Origin: Gammaproteobacteria bacterium
GTDB taxonomy: Bacteria > Pseudomonadota > Gammaproteobacteria > SZUA-229
Direction of reading: 5' to 3'
Assembly: GCA_029882355.1 (NCBI GenBank)
Contig: JAOUKV010000009.1
Location: 14,807-78,806 of the forward strand
Length of the DNA: 64,000 nt
Each line of letters opens with the position of its first letter. Positions within the stretch are counted from its first letter, which is position 1. A program made the position numbers and the translations under genes. Shown one piece after another: positions 31,522 through 41,643 of the stretch. The notes beneath the pieces were generated by a model. The model did no database searches and was not told the origin of the DNA. It was given only the letters and a program-made list of their open reading frames with translations.

Positions 31522-32391
31522 TTACTGATTACTAAACTGATCTCGCGCTTTTTTTGCACGCTGAAAAATCTCGATAAGTGCATCACCATCACTGTCCTGC
31601 AAAGCACTGCTGATCATTTGAAGCTGATCTTCGTATTTTTTTATCATACCCAGAATATCTTCACGATTACTCAAACAGATATCGCGCCACATCACTGGAT
31701 CACTGGAAGCAATACGGGTAAAGTCGCGAAAACCACCGGCGGCAAAACGAAATACTTCATCAACTTCTTCAAGATTATTCAGGCAATCAACCAGACCAAA
31801 AGCTAAAATATGCGGCAAGTGACTAGTCCCCGCTAACACCATGTCATGATGCTGCGCAGACATTGATTCAACTTCAGCACCCGCAGCCTGCCACATTTCA
31901 GAAACCAGATTAACTGCATCTGAATCTGTATTTTCTGCAGGTGTAAGAATCACTTTTCGATTTTCGTATAGTTCAGTAAAGGCAGCAGTAACACCGCTTT
32001 TTTCTGTACCGGCAATAGGATGACCAGCGACAAAACGATTCGAACTTTCACCAAAGGCAGCCTGTGCATCTCTGATAACAGATTGTTTAGCACTACCTGC
32101 ATCTGTCACTACCGCCGTCGATGATAAAGCCGGAGCAATTTTTTCAAACACATTTTTCATCGCACTCAGTGGTACCGCAACAACAACAATATCAGCGTCT
32201 TTTACAGCCTCAGCATAGTCGGTTTCATAATGATCGACAACGCCCAATTCTAAAGCTTTCATTAGTGTTGTTTCAGTTCTACCCGCACCAACTATGCGCT
32301 GACAAAAGCCGGATTTTTTTAACGCCAGCGCCAGTGAACCACCGATTAAACCAGTACCAATAATGCACACTGTCTGGACTTTCACTGTCAC
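31522..32391 (-). CDS. tyrA: Prephenate/arogenate dehydrogenase
   Basis: GTGLIGGS, HPIAGTE.SG, SHLPH, GGFRDFTRIASS. Confidence 0.95.
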   Translation of the reverse strand: MTVKVQTVCIIGTGLIGGSLALALKKSGFCQRIVGAGRTETTLMKALELGVVDHYETDYAEAVKDADIVVVAVPLSAMKNVFEKIAPALSSTAVVTDAGSAKQSVIRDAQAAFGESSNRFVAGHPIAGTEKSGVTAAFTELYENRKVILTPAENTDSDAVNLVSEMWQAAGAEVESMSAQHHDMVLAGTSHLPHILAFGLVDCLNNLEEVDEVFRFAAGGFRDFTRIASSDPVMWRDICLSNREDILGMIKKYEDQLQMISSALQDSDGDALIEIFQRAKKARDQFSNQ

Positions 32392-33509
32392 GCTATAATC
32401 TCACTTAAGGTTTTTATAAATCGTTTATTCTGCTCTTCGGTACCGATTGTTATTCGTAAAAATTCCGGCATATTATAATTACCGACAGGACGAACAATAA
32501 CACCTTTCTGTAACAGTGCATCATAGATAACCTGACCATCACGACGTAAATTCACCGCAATAAAGTTACCCATGGTAGGCAAATAATCCAAACCCATATC
32601 ATCAAACGATTTCTGCAAAAACGCTTTACCCTGATCGTTGATTGCAACACTACTTTTAATGTGCTCCTTGTCATCGAGTGAAGCCAATGCGGCTTCCTGA
32701 GCTAACAAATTAGTATTAAAAGGTTGTCTAACTCGGTTTAAAACATCCGCAATTTCAGGGCTAGATAGTGAATAACCAATACGAAGACCGGCTAAGGCAT
32801 AAATTTTCGAAAACGTGCCAGTAATAATAAGATTAGGAAATTTCGCGAGCCATTCACTGGCATCAATCTGCAGTGACTCATCCATATATTCGTTGTACGC
32901 CATATCCAGTACAACAACAACATCATCCGGCAAGTCATTTAATAACTGCTTTAGCACTTGCGGCGGTAGCCAGGTCCCGGTTGGATTGTTGGGGTTTGCG
33001 ATAAAGATAACACGCGTATTTTCATCGACACTGGCTAACAATGATTCAGGATTATGACCTAGCGGCATCGTCGCATGATCAAGCGAGAATGCCTTGGCAA
33101 CATTGGCTTGAGCGCCGACAGCTTGAACAACGATAGGATAAACAGCAAAAGAGTATTCTGAAAAAACAGCCGATGTTTCCGGCGTTAAAAATGCACGAGC
33201 AGCTAATTCAAGAATATCATTAGAACCATTGCCCAATGTTACACAGGCACGGTCAACATTAAATTTTTCGGCTAAACGGGCGCTAAGTTTGAAGCCACCA
33301 CCATCAGGATAGAAATTTACCGAATGAGAGTATTTACGAATCGCCTCAACAGCTTTATCACTTGGACCTAAAGGATTCTCGTTGGAAGCAAGCTTAATTG
33401 AACCAGTAATACCCAACTCACGCTCAAGTTCTTCAACGGGTTTCCCAGGAAGATAAGGTCGAAGTTGTTGTACACCTAATGTTGCCAAAGATAGAAATGA
33501 CTTAGCCAC
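32388..33509 (-). CDS. hisC: Histidinol-phosphate/aromatic aminotransferase
   Basis: KLASNENPLG, NPNNPTG, TFSKIYALAGLRIGY. Confidence 0.95.
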   Translation of the reverse strand: MAKSFLSLATLGVQQLRPYLPGKPVEELERELGITGSIKLASNENPLGPSDKAVEAIRKYSHSVNFYPDGGGFKLSARLAEKFNVDRACVTLGNGSNDILELAARAFLTPETSAVFSEYSFAVYPIVVQAVGAQANVAKAFSLDHATMPLGHNPESLLASVDENTRVIFIANPNNPTGTWLPPQVLKQLLNDLPDDVVVVLDMAYNEYMDESLQIDASEWLAKFPNLIITGTFSKIYALAGLRIGYSLSSPEIADVLNRVRQPFNTNLLAQEAALASLDDKEHIKSSVAINDQGKAFLQKSFDDMGLDYLPTMGNFIAVNLRRDGQVIYDALLQKGVIVRPVGNYNMPEFLRITIGTEEQNKRFIKTLSEIIA

Positions 33510-33543
33510 AATATTTTATCCAGAGATTAGTTAGAACAGATTA

Positions 33544-34629
33544 TTAAATAACAGCTTTAGGATAGGAACCCAGCACAGTTACCATGGCACTCGCCTTTTC
33601 GATTTCTTCAATCGCCGCCCGTACATTTTCATCATCTCGATGACCATCAATATCCATAAAGAATACGTATTCCCAGACACCTTTACGTGAAGGTCTGGAT
33701 TCAATATTACTCATACTGATATTACGTTTAGCTAAAGGCTCTAGCAAACCAAACAAAGAACCTGGGCGGTTATGCGCGAACACCAACAAGCTGGTGCGAT
33801 CATTGCCACTGGCAGGTGACTGATGTTTACCTATGACGACAAAACGTGTTGTGTTATCAGGCTCATCTTCAATATCCGATTTTAACACCGGCACATCATA
33901 TAATTCTGAAGCTTTGATTCCTGCAATAGCGGCTGAATGCTCATGAGCATGAGCCAACTGCACCGCCTCTGCATTGCTGTTAGCTGCAATACGTTGAGCA
34001 TTTGGCAAGTACTTATCCAGCCACAAACGGCACTGAGCCAGCGACTGCTGATGTGAGTAAACTCGTTCAATGTTGGCAAAATCGGTTTCTTGAGACAGAA
34101 GATTATGACGAATTCTTAACTCGACTTCACCACATATAGTTAATGTCGAAGCCATCAACAAATCCAGAGTATGATTAATCATTCCTTCAGTTGAATTTTC
34201 AACTGGCACCACACCAAAATCTGCACCGTCGGCTTGAACTACGCGAAATACCTCTTCGATATTATCAACCGCTACTTTTTCAAACTGACTACCAAAATGC
34301 TTTACCGAGGCAGAGTGTGTGTAAGTACCTTCAGGGCCGAGAAATGCCACTTTTAAAGGTTTCTCTAACGCCAGACAGGCAGCCATAATCTCTCGAAAAA
34401 TACCTGCAATAGCATTATCATTCAATGGGCCTTTGTTTCTGTCCTTAACCGCCTGTAAAACTTGAGCTTCGCGTTCAGGACGATAAAAATGTCCGGTCTC
34501 GCCCTGAGCCTGTTTTATTTCTGCAACTTTTGCTGCGCATTCAGCACGCTCAGAAACCAACTGCTGTATCGTAGTATCGATTTTATCGATACGCGTTCTA
34601 ACATCAGCAAGTGGGTCTTTTTCTGACAT
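33544..34629 (-). CDS. pheA: Chorismate mutase/prephenate dehydratase (P-protein)
   Basis: N-terminal CM domain, LGPEGT, VENSTEG, NTTRF, ESRPS. Confidence 0.98.
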   Translation of the reverse strand: MSEKDPLADVRTRIDKIDTTIQQLVSERAECAAKVAEIKQAQGETGHFYRPEREAQVLQAVKDRNKGPLNDNAIAGIFREIMAACLALEKPLKVAFLGPEGTYTHSASVKHFGSQFEKVAVDNIEEVFRVVQADGADFGVVPVENSTEGMINHTLDLLMASTLTICGEVELRIRHNLLSQETDFANIERVYSHQQSLAQCRLWLDKYLPNAQRIAANSNAEAVQLAHAHEHSAAIAGIKASELYDVPVLKSDIEDEPDNTTRFVVIGKHQSPASGNDRTSLLVFAHNRPGSLFGLLEPLAKRNISMSNIESRPSRKGVWEYVFFMDIDGHRDDENVRAAIEEIEKASAMVTVLGSYPKAVI

Positions 34630-34637
34630 AGTAATAA

Positions 34638-35801
34638 TTAAATTTGTCGAGCGTTTAGCACACCATCGATATCAGTAATCTTAGCGATTACATCATCACC
34701 TATGGCTGTTTCAAGATCAATCAGCGTATAAGCCAAACCATTTCTCGATTCATTTCTCATATGCAAAATATTTGCACCCGATTGACCTAAAACATGTGAA
34801 ATTTGACCAACCATATCCGGCATGTTTTTATTCGCAATAGCCAGGCGAACGTCACCAATACGGGCTAATTTTATATCCGGGAAATTCACTGAATTTTTGA
34901 TATTGCCATTTACCAAAAAATCTTTTAGTTGATCAGCCACCATAATGGCGCAATTGTCTTCAGCCTCAGCGGTTGAAGCGCCCAGATGAGGTAATGTGAT
35001 GACATTCTTTTTGTTTTTAAGTTTCTCAGCAGGAAAATCACAAACGTAGGCACCGATTTTTCCACTATCAATAGCCGCCAATATAGCATCATCATCAACA
35101 ATACCATCACGAGCAAAATTCAGAACCACAGCGCCATCTTTCATGGTAGCGATACGCTCAGCATTCAATAGATTTTTGGTCGCTTCAATCAATGGTACAT
35201 GAAAGGTAATAAAATCAGCTTGTTTTACCAGCTCATCAACACTGGACATTTCTTCGACTTCCGAAGCCATTTTCCAGGCACTTTTCACTGTGATCGTAGG
35301 GTCAAAACCAACCACACGCATCCCCAGGGCAACAGCAGCATTAGCCACCTGAACACCAATCGCACCCAGACCAATCACACCGATAGTACGACCGGGTAAT
35401 TCATAACCGACATATTTTTTCTTGCCATCTTCAACCGCTTTATTTTGCTCTTCGGGTGTACCTTGAACATTGGCCGCGTAATCCCAGGCCTGAACGATAT
35501 TACGGCAGGCTAACAACATGCCAACAATGACCAGTTCTTTAACCGCGTTGGCATTCGCACCCGGCGCATTAAATACTACAACACCTTTTTCACTCAAACG
35601 ATCAACAGGTACGTTATTAGTACCTGCACCAGCTCGACCTACCGCTTTAAGATTGGCTGGGATTTCCATGTCGTGCAATTTCGCAGAGCGTAGAATAATT
35701 GCATCAGGATCAGCATGATCTTCACTGATAGTGTAAGTATCATTCGGTAAACGGCTCAGGCCTTTATCCGAAATATTATTGTAAGTTTTTATATTTATCA
35801 T
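34638..35801 (-). CDS. serA: D-3-phosphoglycerate dehydrogenase with C-terminal ACT domain
   Basis: RAGAGTNN, GANANAVKEL, GLGAIG, NFAR, PHLGAST.EAE; directly after serC. Confidence 0.9.
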   Translation of the reverse strand: MINIKTYNNISDKGLSRLPNDTYTISEDHADPDAIILRSAKLHDMEIPANLKAVGRAGAGTNNVPVDRLSEKGVVVFNAPGANANAVKELVIVGMLLACRNIVQAWDYAANVQGTPEEQNKAVEDGKKKYVGYELPGRTIGVIGLGAIGVQVANAAVALGMRVVGFDPTITVKSAWKMASEVEEMSSVDELVKQADFITFHVPLIEATKNLLNAERIATMKDGAVVLNFARDGIVDDDAILAAIDSGKIGAYVCDFPAEKLKNKKNVITLPHLGASTAEAEDNCAIMVADQLKDFLVNGNIKNSVNFPDIKLARIGDVRLAIANKNMPDMVGQISHVLGQSGANILHMRNESRNGLAYTLIDLETAIGDDVIAKITDIDGVLNARQI

Positions 35802-35818
35802 ATTGAATAATTTATTTT

Positions 35819-36901
35819 TTAAGATTGGCTGTTTTCAAACGTAGACATGAAAGATATCAGTGCATCAATGCCTTCTTCAGTCATAGCATTATAAATACTG
35901 GCGCGCATGCCACCGACTGAACGATGACCTTTTAAATTAACCAGGCCCTGTTTAGCCGCTTCTTCAATAAACTTTGCGTCGAGATCAGCATTAGCCAGTA
36001 CAAAAGGTACATTCATTAAAGAACGGCAATTTTTTTCAACCGGACTGCTATAAAAACCAGAGGCATCAATCGCCGAGTATAGTTTTTCTGCTTTCTTCTG
36101 ATTGATGCCTGCCATAGAAGACAAACCACCCATTTTCAGCAGACGTTCAAAAACCAGACCAGCCAGATACCAGCTATAAGTAGGTGGCGTGTTGTACATA
36201 GAGTCATTATCGGCATGCGTTTTGTAATCAAGCATAACCGGCATAGTGTCTTTAGCTTTACCCAGCAGATCTTCACGAATGATAACGATGGTCAGACCAG
36301 CAGGGCCGATATTCTTTTGTGCGCCCGCGTAAATTAAAGCGAATTTTGAAACATCAATCTGACTCGATAGGATGGTTGATGACATATCAGCCACCAATGG
36401 TACATCACCGGTATCAGGGATATAAGGAAACTCAACACCAACAATCGTTTCATTCGGCGTGTAATGCACATAAGCAGCATCAGGATTGAATTTTAAATCC
36501 GCTTCAGCAGGCACAGTGGTAAATTTACTGTCGCTGGTATCGGCAACAATATTGACATCACAATAACGTTTAGCTTCTTGTATCGCTTTTTTAGACCACT
36601 GCCCTGTCAACAAATAATCAGCCGTAGTTTTATCACCAAGGAGATTAATAGGCACCATTGCAAACTGGCTGCTAGCACCACCCTGTAAAAACAGAACTTT
36701 GTAATTATCAGGAATCAACATCAACTCACGAAGATCAGCTTCGGCTTTTGCAGCAATCGACATATAGTCTTTACCACGGTGACTCATTTCCATGACTGAC
36801 ATGCCTGAACCATTCCAGTCCAGCATTTCATCACGTGCACGTTCAAGAACTTCTGTCGGTAATGCAGCCGGGCCTGCACTAAAATTATAAACTCTGCTCA
36901 T
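35819..36901 (-). CDS. serC: Phosphoserine aminotransferase
   Basis: NFSAGPA, EMSHR, YAGAQKNIGP, GHRSVGGMRASIYNA. Confidence 0.99.
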   Translation of the reverse strand: MSRVYNFSAGPAALPTEVLERARDEMLDWNGSGMSVMEMSHRGKDYMSIAAKAEADLRELMLIPDNYKVLFLQGGASSQFAMVPINLLGDKTTADYLLTGQWSKKAIQEAKRYCDVNIVADTSDSKFTTVPAEADLKFNPDAAYVHYTPNETIVGVEFPYIPDTGDVPLVADMSSTILSSQIDVSKFALIYAGAQKNIGPAGLTIVIIREDLLGKAKDTMPVMLDYKTHADNDSMYNTPPTYSWYLAGLVFERLLKMGGLSSMAGINQKKAEKLYSAIDASGFYSSPVEKNCRSLMNVPFVLANADLDAKFIEEAAKQGLVNLKGHRSVGGMRASIYNAMTEEGIDALISFMSTFENSQS

Positions 36902-36964
36902 GTTATTTTTATTTCTAATTAATTGAAAGAAAAGGTTTAAATAATATTTTTTTGGATAAAACGG

Positions 36965-39565
36965 CTATTCGTTATCTTCACCGGCCTCATCATTAATATC
37001 TGCTTCGTCAACACCACCCTCACAGGACAGCGCATCGATTTTTTCTATTTCGACCAGCTTTTCGCCTTTAGTCAAACGAATCAAACGTACACCCTGAGTG
37101 TTTCGTCCCATTTCGCTAACATCATTAACAGCGATACGCACCAGCGTGCCATTGTTGGTAATCATCATGATTTCGTCGTCGGCTTTCACCTGCACGGCAC
37201 CAACAATTTCGCCATTGCGCTCGTTAGTTTTGATTGAAATCACACCCTGACCGCCACGTCCTTTCAAGGGATAATCGCTAACCACGGTTCGTTTACCGTA
37301 TCCGTTTTCAGTAGAGGTTAGAATCGAGCCTTCTTCATCAATCAAAATCATGCTGATGATTTTTTGTTTTTCAGGCAGCTTCATACCGCGTACACCGGCT
37401 GCTGTTCTGCCCATAGTACGGACATCAGTTTCAGAGAAACGAATGGATTTACCCGCATTGGACAACAGCATGATGTGATTAGAACCATTGGTAATGACCA
37501 CATCGACTAATACATCATCATTTCTCAGATCGACAGCAATAATACCTGAGCTTCTTGGACGTGAGAAGTTGGATAAAGCGGTCTTCTTAACGGTGCCTGA
37601 GCTGGTTGCCATGAAGACAAAATGATCTTCATCGTATTCACGAATTGGCAATACTGCATTAATACGTTCATCTTTCTCTAGCGGCAGCAAATTGATGATA
37701 GGTTTACCGCGTGAACCACGACCTGCCATCGGCAATTGATAAACTTTCAACCAGTAGACTTTGCCGCGACTGGAGAAACACAATAAGGTGTCGTGGGTGT
37801 TGGCCACAAATAGTTTATCGATGAAATCTTCTTCTTTCATGTTGGTCGCCGATTTACCACGACCACCACGACGCTGAGTATTATAAACATCCATGGCCTG
37901 GCACTTGGCATAACCTTCGTGCGAGAACGTCACCACCACATCTTCTTCGGTGATCAGGTCTTCCATGGTGAGATCTAACTGACTCTCAATAATTTCTGTG
38001 CGACGTGCATCACCGTAGTTTTCACGGATTTCATAGAGTTCATCTCGGATCACCTGTAACAGGCGCTCAGGATTCGACAAAATGTCGAGCAAGTCCTTAA
38101 TGATATCCAGTATCTCTTTGAATTCAGTAACGATTTTATCTTGTTCAAGGCCGGTCAGTCTATGTAAACGAAGTTCGAGAATCGACTGCGCCTGCACATC
38201 AGAAAGATGGTAACCGTCTTCTTTCAGACCAAACCGGGGATCAAGCTGGTCGGGGCGTGATGCGTCGTTATTACCATCGGCACCGGCACGACCGATCATA
38301 TCGGTGACCATGCCAGGTGCCCAGACTGTATCAATCAGCGCCTGTTTGGCGATGGCAGGGCTGGGGGATTTTTTGATCAGCGCGATAACTTCATCAATAT
38401 TCGCCAACGCCACTGCTAGGCCTTCCAAAACGTGGCCACGTTCGCGTGCTTTGCGCAATTCGAAAATAGTACGGCGTGTCACCACCTCACGGCGATGACG
38501 GATAAAGGCTTCAATTATCTGCTTGAGATTCAGTAACTGCGGCTGACCATCGACCAGCGCCACCATATTGATACCAAAAACACACTGCATCGAAGTCAGC
38601 TTGAACAGGTTATTCAATACCACCTCGCCGACTTCACCACGGCGCAGCTCAATCACAATGCGCATGCCATCTTTATCGGACTCATCGCGCAGTTCGGTAA
38701 TGCCTTCGATGCGCTTTTCCTTCACCAGCTCAGCAATACGTTCGATCAAACGCGCTTTATTCACCTGATAAGGAATTTCGTTAACAACAATTGTCTGCTT
38801 ACCGTTTTTTTCATTCTCGACAATATGGGCGCGTGATCGCATAACCATACGACCACGGCCCGTTTTATAAGCTTCGCGAATGCCGACAGTACCGTTCAGC
38901 AAGCCCGCCGTTGGTAAATCCGGTGCGGGCAAATGCACCATCAAAGCATCAATATCGAGCGATGGATCATCGATCAGCGCCAGCGTGGCGTTGATGACTT
39001 CGGTTAGATTATGCGGCGGAATATTGGTCGCCATGCCAACAGCTATACCGGAGGATCCATTGACCAGCATATTGGGAACGCGCGTTGGCAGCACGGTAGG
39101 CTCTGATTCAGAGCCATCATAGTTGTCAGCAAAATTGACGGTTTCTTTATCAAGATCAGCCAGCAACTCGTGCGCAATCTTCGACATGCGAACTTCGGTA
39201 TAACGCATGGCCGCGGGTGAATCACCATCGACCGAACCAAAGTTACCCTGACCGTCGACCAGCATGTAGCGTAACGAGAAAGGCTGTGCCATACGTACGA
39301 TGGTATCGTAAACAGCGGTATCACCATGAGGGTGATATTTACCGATGACATCACCGACCACACGTGCCGATTTTTTATAAGGTTTGTTCCAGTCATTACC
39401 CAAAACACGCATCGCATAAAGCACTCTTCGATGCACAGGTTTGAGACCATCACGGACATCCGGTAGAGCACGACCTACAATAACGCTCATTGCGTAGTCC
39501 AGATAGGACTGACGCATTTCATCTTCTAGATTAACCGGGGAAATTTCTTTTGCAAATTCAGACAT
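36965..39565 (-). CDS. gyrA: DNA gyrase subunit A
   Basis: YHPHGD, AAMRYTE, GyrA box QRRGGRG, beta-pinwheel repeats, acidic tail. Confidence 0.99.
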   Translation of the reverse strand: MSEFAKEISPVNLEDEMRQSYLDYAMSVIVGRALPDVRDGLKPVHRRVLYAMRVLGNDWNKPYKKSARVVGDVIGKYHPHGDTAVYDTIVRMAQPFSLRYMLVDGQGNFGSVDGDSPAAMRYTEVRMSKIAHELLADLDKETVNFADNYDGSESEPTVLPTRVPNMLVNGSSGIAVGMATNIPPHNLTEVINATLALIDDPSLDIDALMVHLPAPDLPTAGLLNGTVGIREAYKTGRGRMVMRSRAHIVENEKNGKQTIVVNEIPYQVNKARLIERIAELVKEKRIEGITELRDESDKDGMRIVIELRRGEVGEVVLNNLFKLTSMQCVFGINMVALVDGQPQLLNLKQIIEAFIRHRREVVTRRTIFELRKARERGHVLEGLAVALANIDEVIALIKKSPSPAIAKQALIDTVWAPGMVTDMIGRAGADGNNDASRPDQLDPRFGLKEDGYHLSDVQAQSILELRLHRLTGLEQDKIVTEFKEILDIIKDLLDILSNPERLLQVIRDELYEIRENYGDARRTEIIESQLDLTMEDLITEEDVVVTFSHEGYAKCQAMDVYNTQRRGGRGKSATNMKEEDFIDKLFVANTHDTLLCFSSRGKVYWLKVYQLPMAGRGSRGKPIINLLPLEKDERINAVLPIREYDEDHFVFMATSSGTVKKTALSNFSRPRSSGIIAVDLRNDDVLVDVVITNGSNHIMLLSNAGKSIRFSETDVRTMGRTAAGVRGMKLPEKQKIISMILIDEEGSILTSTENGYGKRTVVSDYPLKGRGGQGVISIKTNERNGEIVGAVQVKADDEIMMITNNGTLVRIAVNDVSEMGRNTQGVRLIRLTKGEKLVEIEKIDALSCEGGVDEADINDEAGEDNE

Positions 39566-39709
39566 TTAGGATGAGTAACCAGTTTATTATACTTGTTTTA
39601 AAAGCGTTTCCATAAAGCGGGAAATAGTAACACAAATAGCTGAGTCTAGGCACTGTTATGAACAATAAAAACGCATCAATTCACTCAAATAAACATCAAA
39701 TAAAAACAT

Positions 39710-40225
39710 CTAACTTTTTTCACTGAGATCAGCGCTTGCAGAAGTCATTTTTTCCTTCTCACAGGCCGTTTCCGCACTAAATTCATGCCCCAGATATAGA
39801 CAATAACCCAGCCATTTATAAAGAAAGCGATTTAAACGCCATTTAAATTTGATCGCGGTCGCTGGCAAGTGATCAAGACGCTGTCGGCCGTGTTTTAAAT
39901 GCCCTGCCAACACCTCAACCAAACAGGCGTCATGATAAATACGTAGTTTTAGATCTGGCTCAGCAATAAGCTGTTGATTCTCGAAAAAATAATAGGTCAT
40001 TCGGATCGTAGTGGTAAATTTGCTGCGCTCAACAATTTGCAGATGCAAATCCATACATCCCGGCACTACAGATATAGCATGATCACTGATTGCATCAAGA
40101 TCAGCCACCAGTCGCCTAAATCGAAGATAATTATTTTCATGCAAGTCCATTAGACTCACATATCCTCTGGGCGCAACCTCTCCACATCCGTAACCATCAC
40201 GAGCGATGATCAAGGATCCAATCAT
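39710..40225 (-). CDS. DUF1249 (YqiB-like) protein
   Basis: LM.L.E.NY....RL, P....RIYHDA.L.EV, KW.LNRFL.KWL.YCL..GH; ATG at 40225 preferred over TTG at 40270. Confidence 0.85.
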   Translation of the reverse strand: MIGSLIIARDGYGCGEVAPRGYVSLMDLHENNYLRFRRLVADLDAISDHAISVVPGCMDLHLQIVERSKFTTTIRMTYYFFENQQLIAEPDLKLRIYHDACLVEVLAGHLKHGRQRLDHLPATAIKFKWRLNRFLYKWLGYCLYLGHEFSAETACEKEKMTSASADLSEKS

Positions 40226-40369
40226 TGATGAATGACTACTCACCCGGCCTGCCTGCGAGAAAAATAGCAAAATCTACTGTTTGTCATATTCATACTACTT
40301 TGTTCGATGATTTATGCATGACGATAGTATAATATAGCGCCCCATCTTATTAGACACTATTGAAACACT

Positions 40370-40957
40370 ATGGCACGCACAGACTCATCATCAGAAGCAC
40401 AAGGCATTCACAAACTTATTAACGATCTTCGCCACCACGAAGCATCCAGACAGTGGTTTGCGGTTTTATTCGTTTTACTGGTTAGCCTTCTGGGCGAACC
40501 CGAACAGATACCATTTTATATAGGCGCAGCCATTGCCGCAGTCGGCACAGTAGTGCGACTCTGGGCATCCGGATATGTCATGAAAAATAAAGAACTGGCA
40601 ACAAGCGGCCCCTACGCCATTGTTAGACACCCACTCTATGTCGGTAACATCCTGCTACTGGTTGGCTTCTCCCTGGCCTCATCATTATGGTGGTCGGATT
40701 TGTTGATGTTTGCACTACTTCTCTTTTACTACCCGCCAACCATTGCTTATGAAGATAAGAAACTTCATGATTTTTTTGGTGAACCGTGGGAAAACTGGAG
40801 CAAAACAACGCATGCGCTACTCCCTACATTCAGCAAACGCGCAGTGAGCAGCGAACAAAGCAGCAGCTGGTCCTTCAAGAAAAGTCTTGTTCAAAATGGT
40901 GAGCCAATCATCGTTATTTATCTCATCGGCTGCCTGTATTTACTCTTTAGCAATTAA
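40370..40957 (+). CDS. ICMT/phospholipid methyltransferase family membrane protein
   Basis: TM helices; RLWASG...K...LATSGPYAIVRHPLYVG; E..KL...FGE.W..W. Confidence 0.88.
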   Translation: MARTDSSSEAQGIHKLINDLRHHEASRQWFAVLFVLLVSLLGEPEQIPFYIGAAIAAVGTVVRLWASGYVMKNKELATSGPYAIVRHPLYVGNILLLVGFSLASSLWWSDLLMFALLLFYYPPTIAYEDKKLHDFFGEPWENWSKTTHALLPTFSKRAVSSEQSSSWSFKKSLVQNGEPIIVIYLIGCLYLLFSN

Positions 40958-40974
40958 GAGAATAATCATTACTA

Positions 40975-41631
40975 ATGATTAAAGACCTTGATCAATCCAG
41001 CTTGAAACAGTGGATTGAAGATAGCTTAAGCACAAATACAAACATACTGGCTGAAGGCTATCAGGGGAAAACACTTCTCTATAGCAATAATAATCAGAAA
41101 CTGGTAATTAAAATCCCACACGGACGGGGCTTTATCAAATATCTGCATACACGCATGATTCGCCACGAAGCGCGTGTTTATCAGCAGCTACAAAAGTTGG
41201 AAGGTATACCTGTCTGTTACGGTCTCATTGACAAGCAATATCTGGCATTAGAATTTATTAATGGCGACCCCATTCGAAACAAACGCCCCATCAACAATGA
41301 ACATTACTTTAAATCACTGTTTGAGCTAATAGAACAGATGCATACAAAAGGTGTGGGTCACATGGATTTAAAGAAAAAAGATAACCTTCTTGTAACTCAT
41401 CTTGATGAACCTTGCGTTCTAGATTTCGGTGCAGCCATCATCAGAAAAAATGGTTTTCACCCTATCAATCATTTTTTATATCGGTTAGCTATTCGCTTTG
41501 ATTACAATGCCTGGATTAAGCATAAGTACTACCTTAATCTGGATAACATTAGCGAGAAAGATGCTGTTTATTATCGACGCACTTACATTGAAAAAATCGC
41601 AAAAAATATAAAGAAAATATTCCTCCAATAA
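40975..41631 (+). CDS. RIO1/Kdo-kinase-like small protein-kinase-fold enzyme
   Basis: GYQG loop, LVIK, alphaC Glu (HEARVY), LEFING hinge, HMDLKKKDNLL catalytic loop, DFG. Confidence 0.85.
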   Translation: MIKDLDQSSLKQWIEDSLSTNTNILAEGYQGKTLLYSNNNQKLVIKIPHGRGFIKYLHTRMIRHEARVYQQLQKLEGIPVCYGLIDKQYLALEFINGDPIRNKRPINNEHYFKSLFELIEQMHTKGVGHMDLKKKDNLLVTHLDEPCVLDFGAAIIRKNGFHPINHFLYRLAIRFDYNAWIKHKYYLNLDNISEKDAVYYRRTYIEKIAKNIKKIFLQ

Positions 41632-41643
41632 ATCAAATTGCAT

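Noticed and set aside
39290..39330. GyrA QRDR Thr at the Ser83-equivalent position as a resistance mutation
   Set aside because: HGDTAVYD is the normal wild-type sequence in many non-enteric Gammaproteobacteria
31522..39565. gyrA-serC-serA-pheA-hisC-tyrA-aroA supraoperon as novel
   Set aside because: A known conserved mixed-function cluster in proteobacteria; the serA insertion is a logical and unremarkable variant
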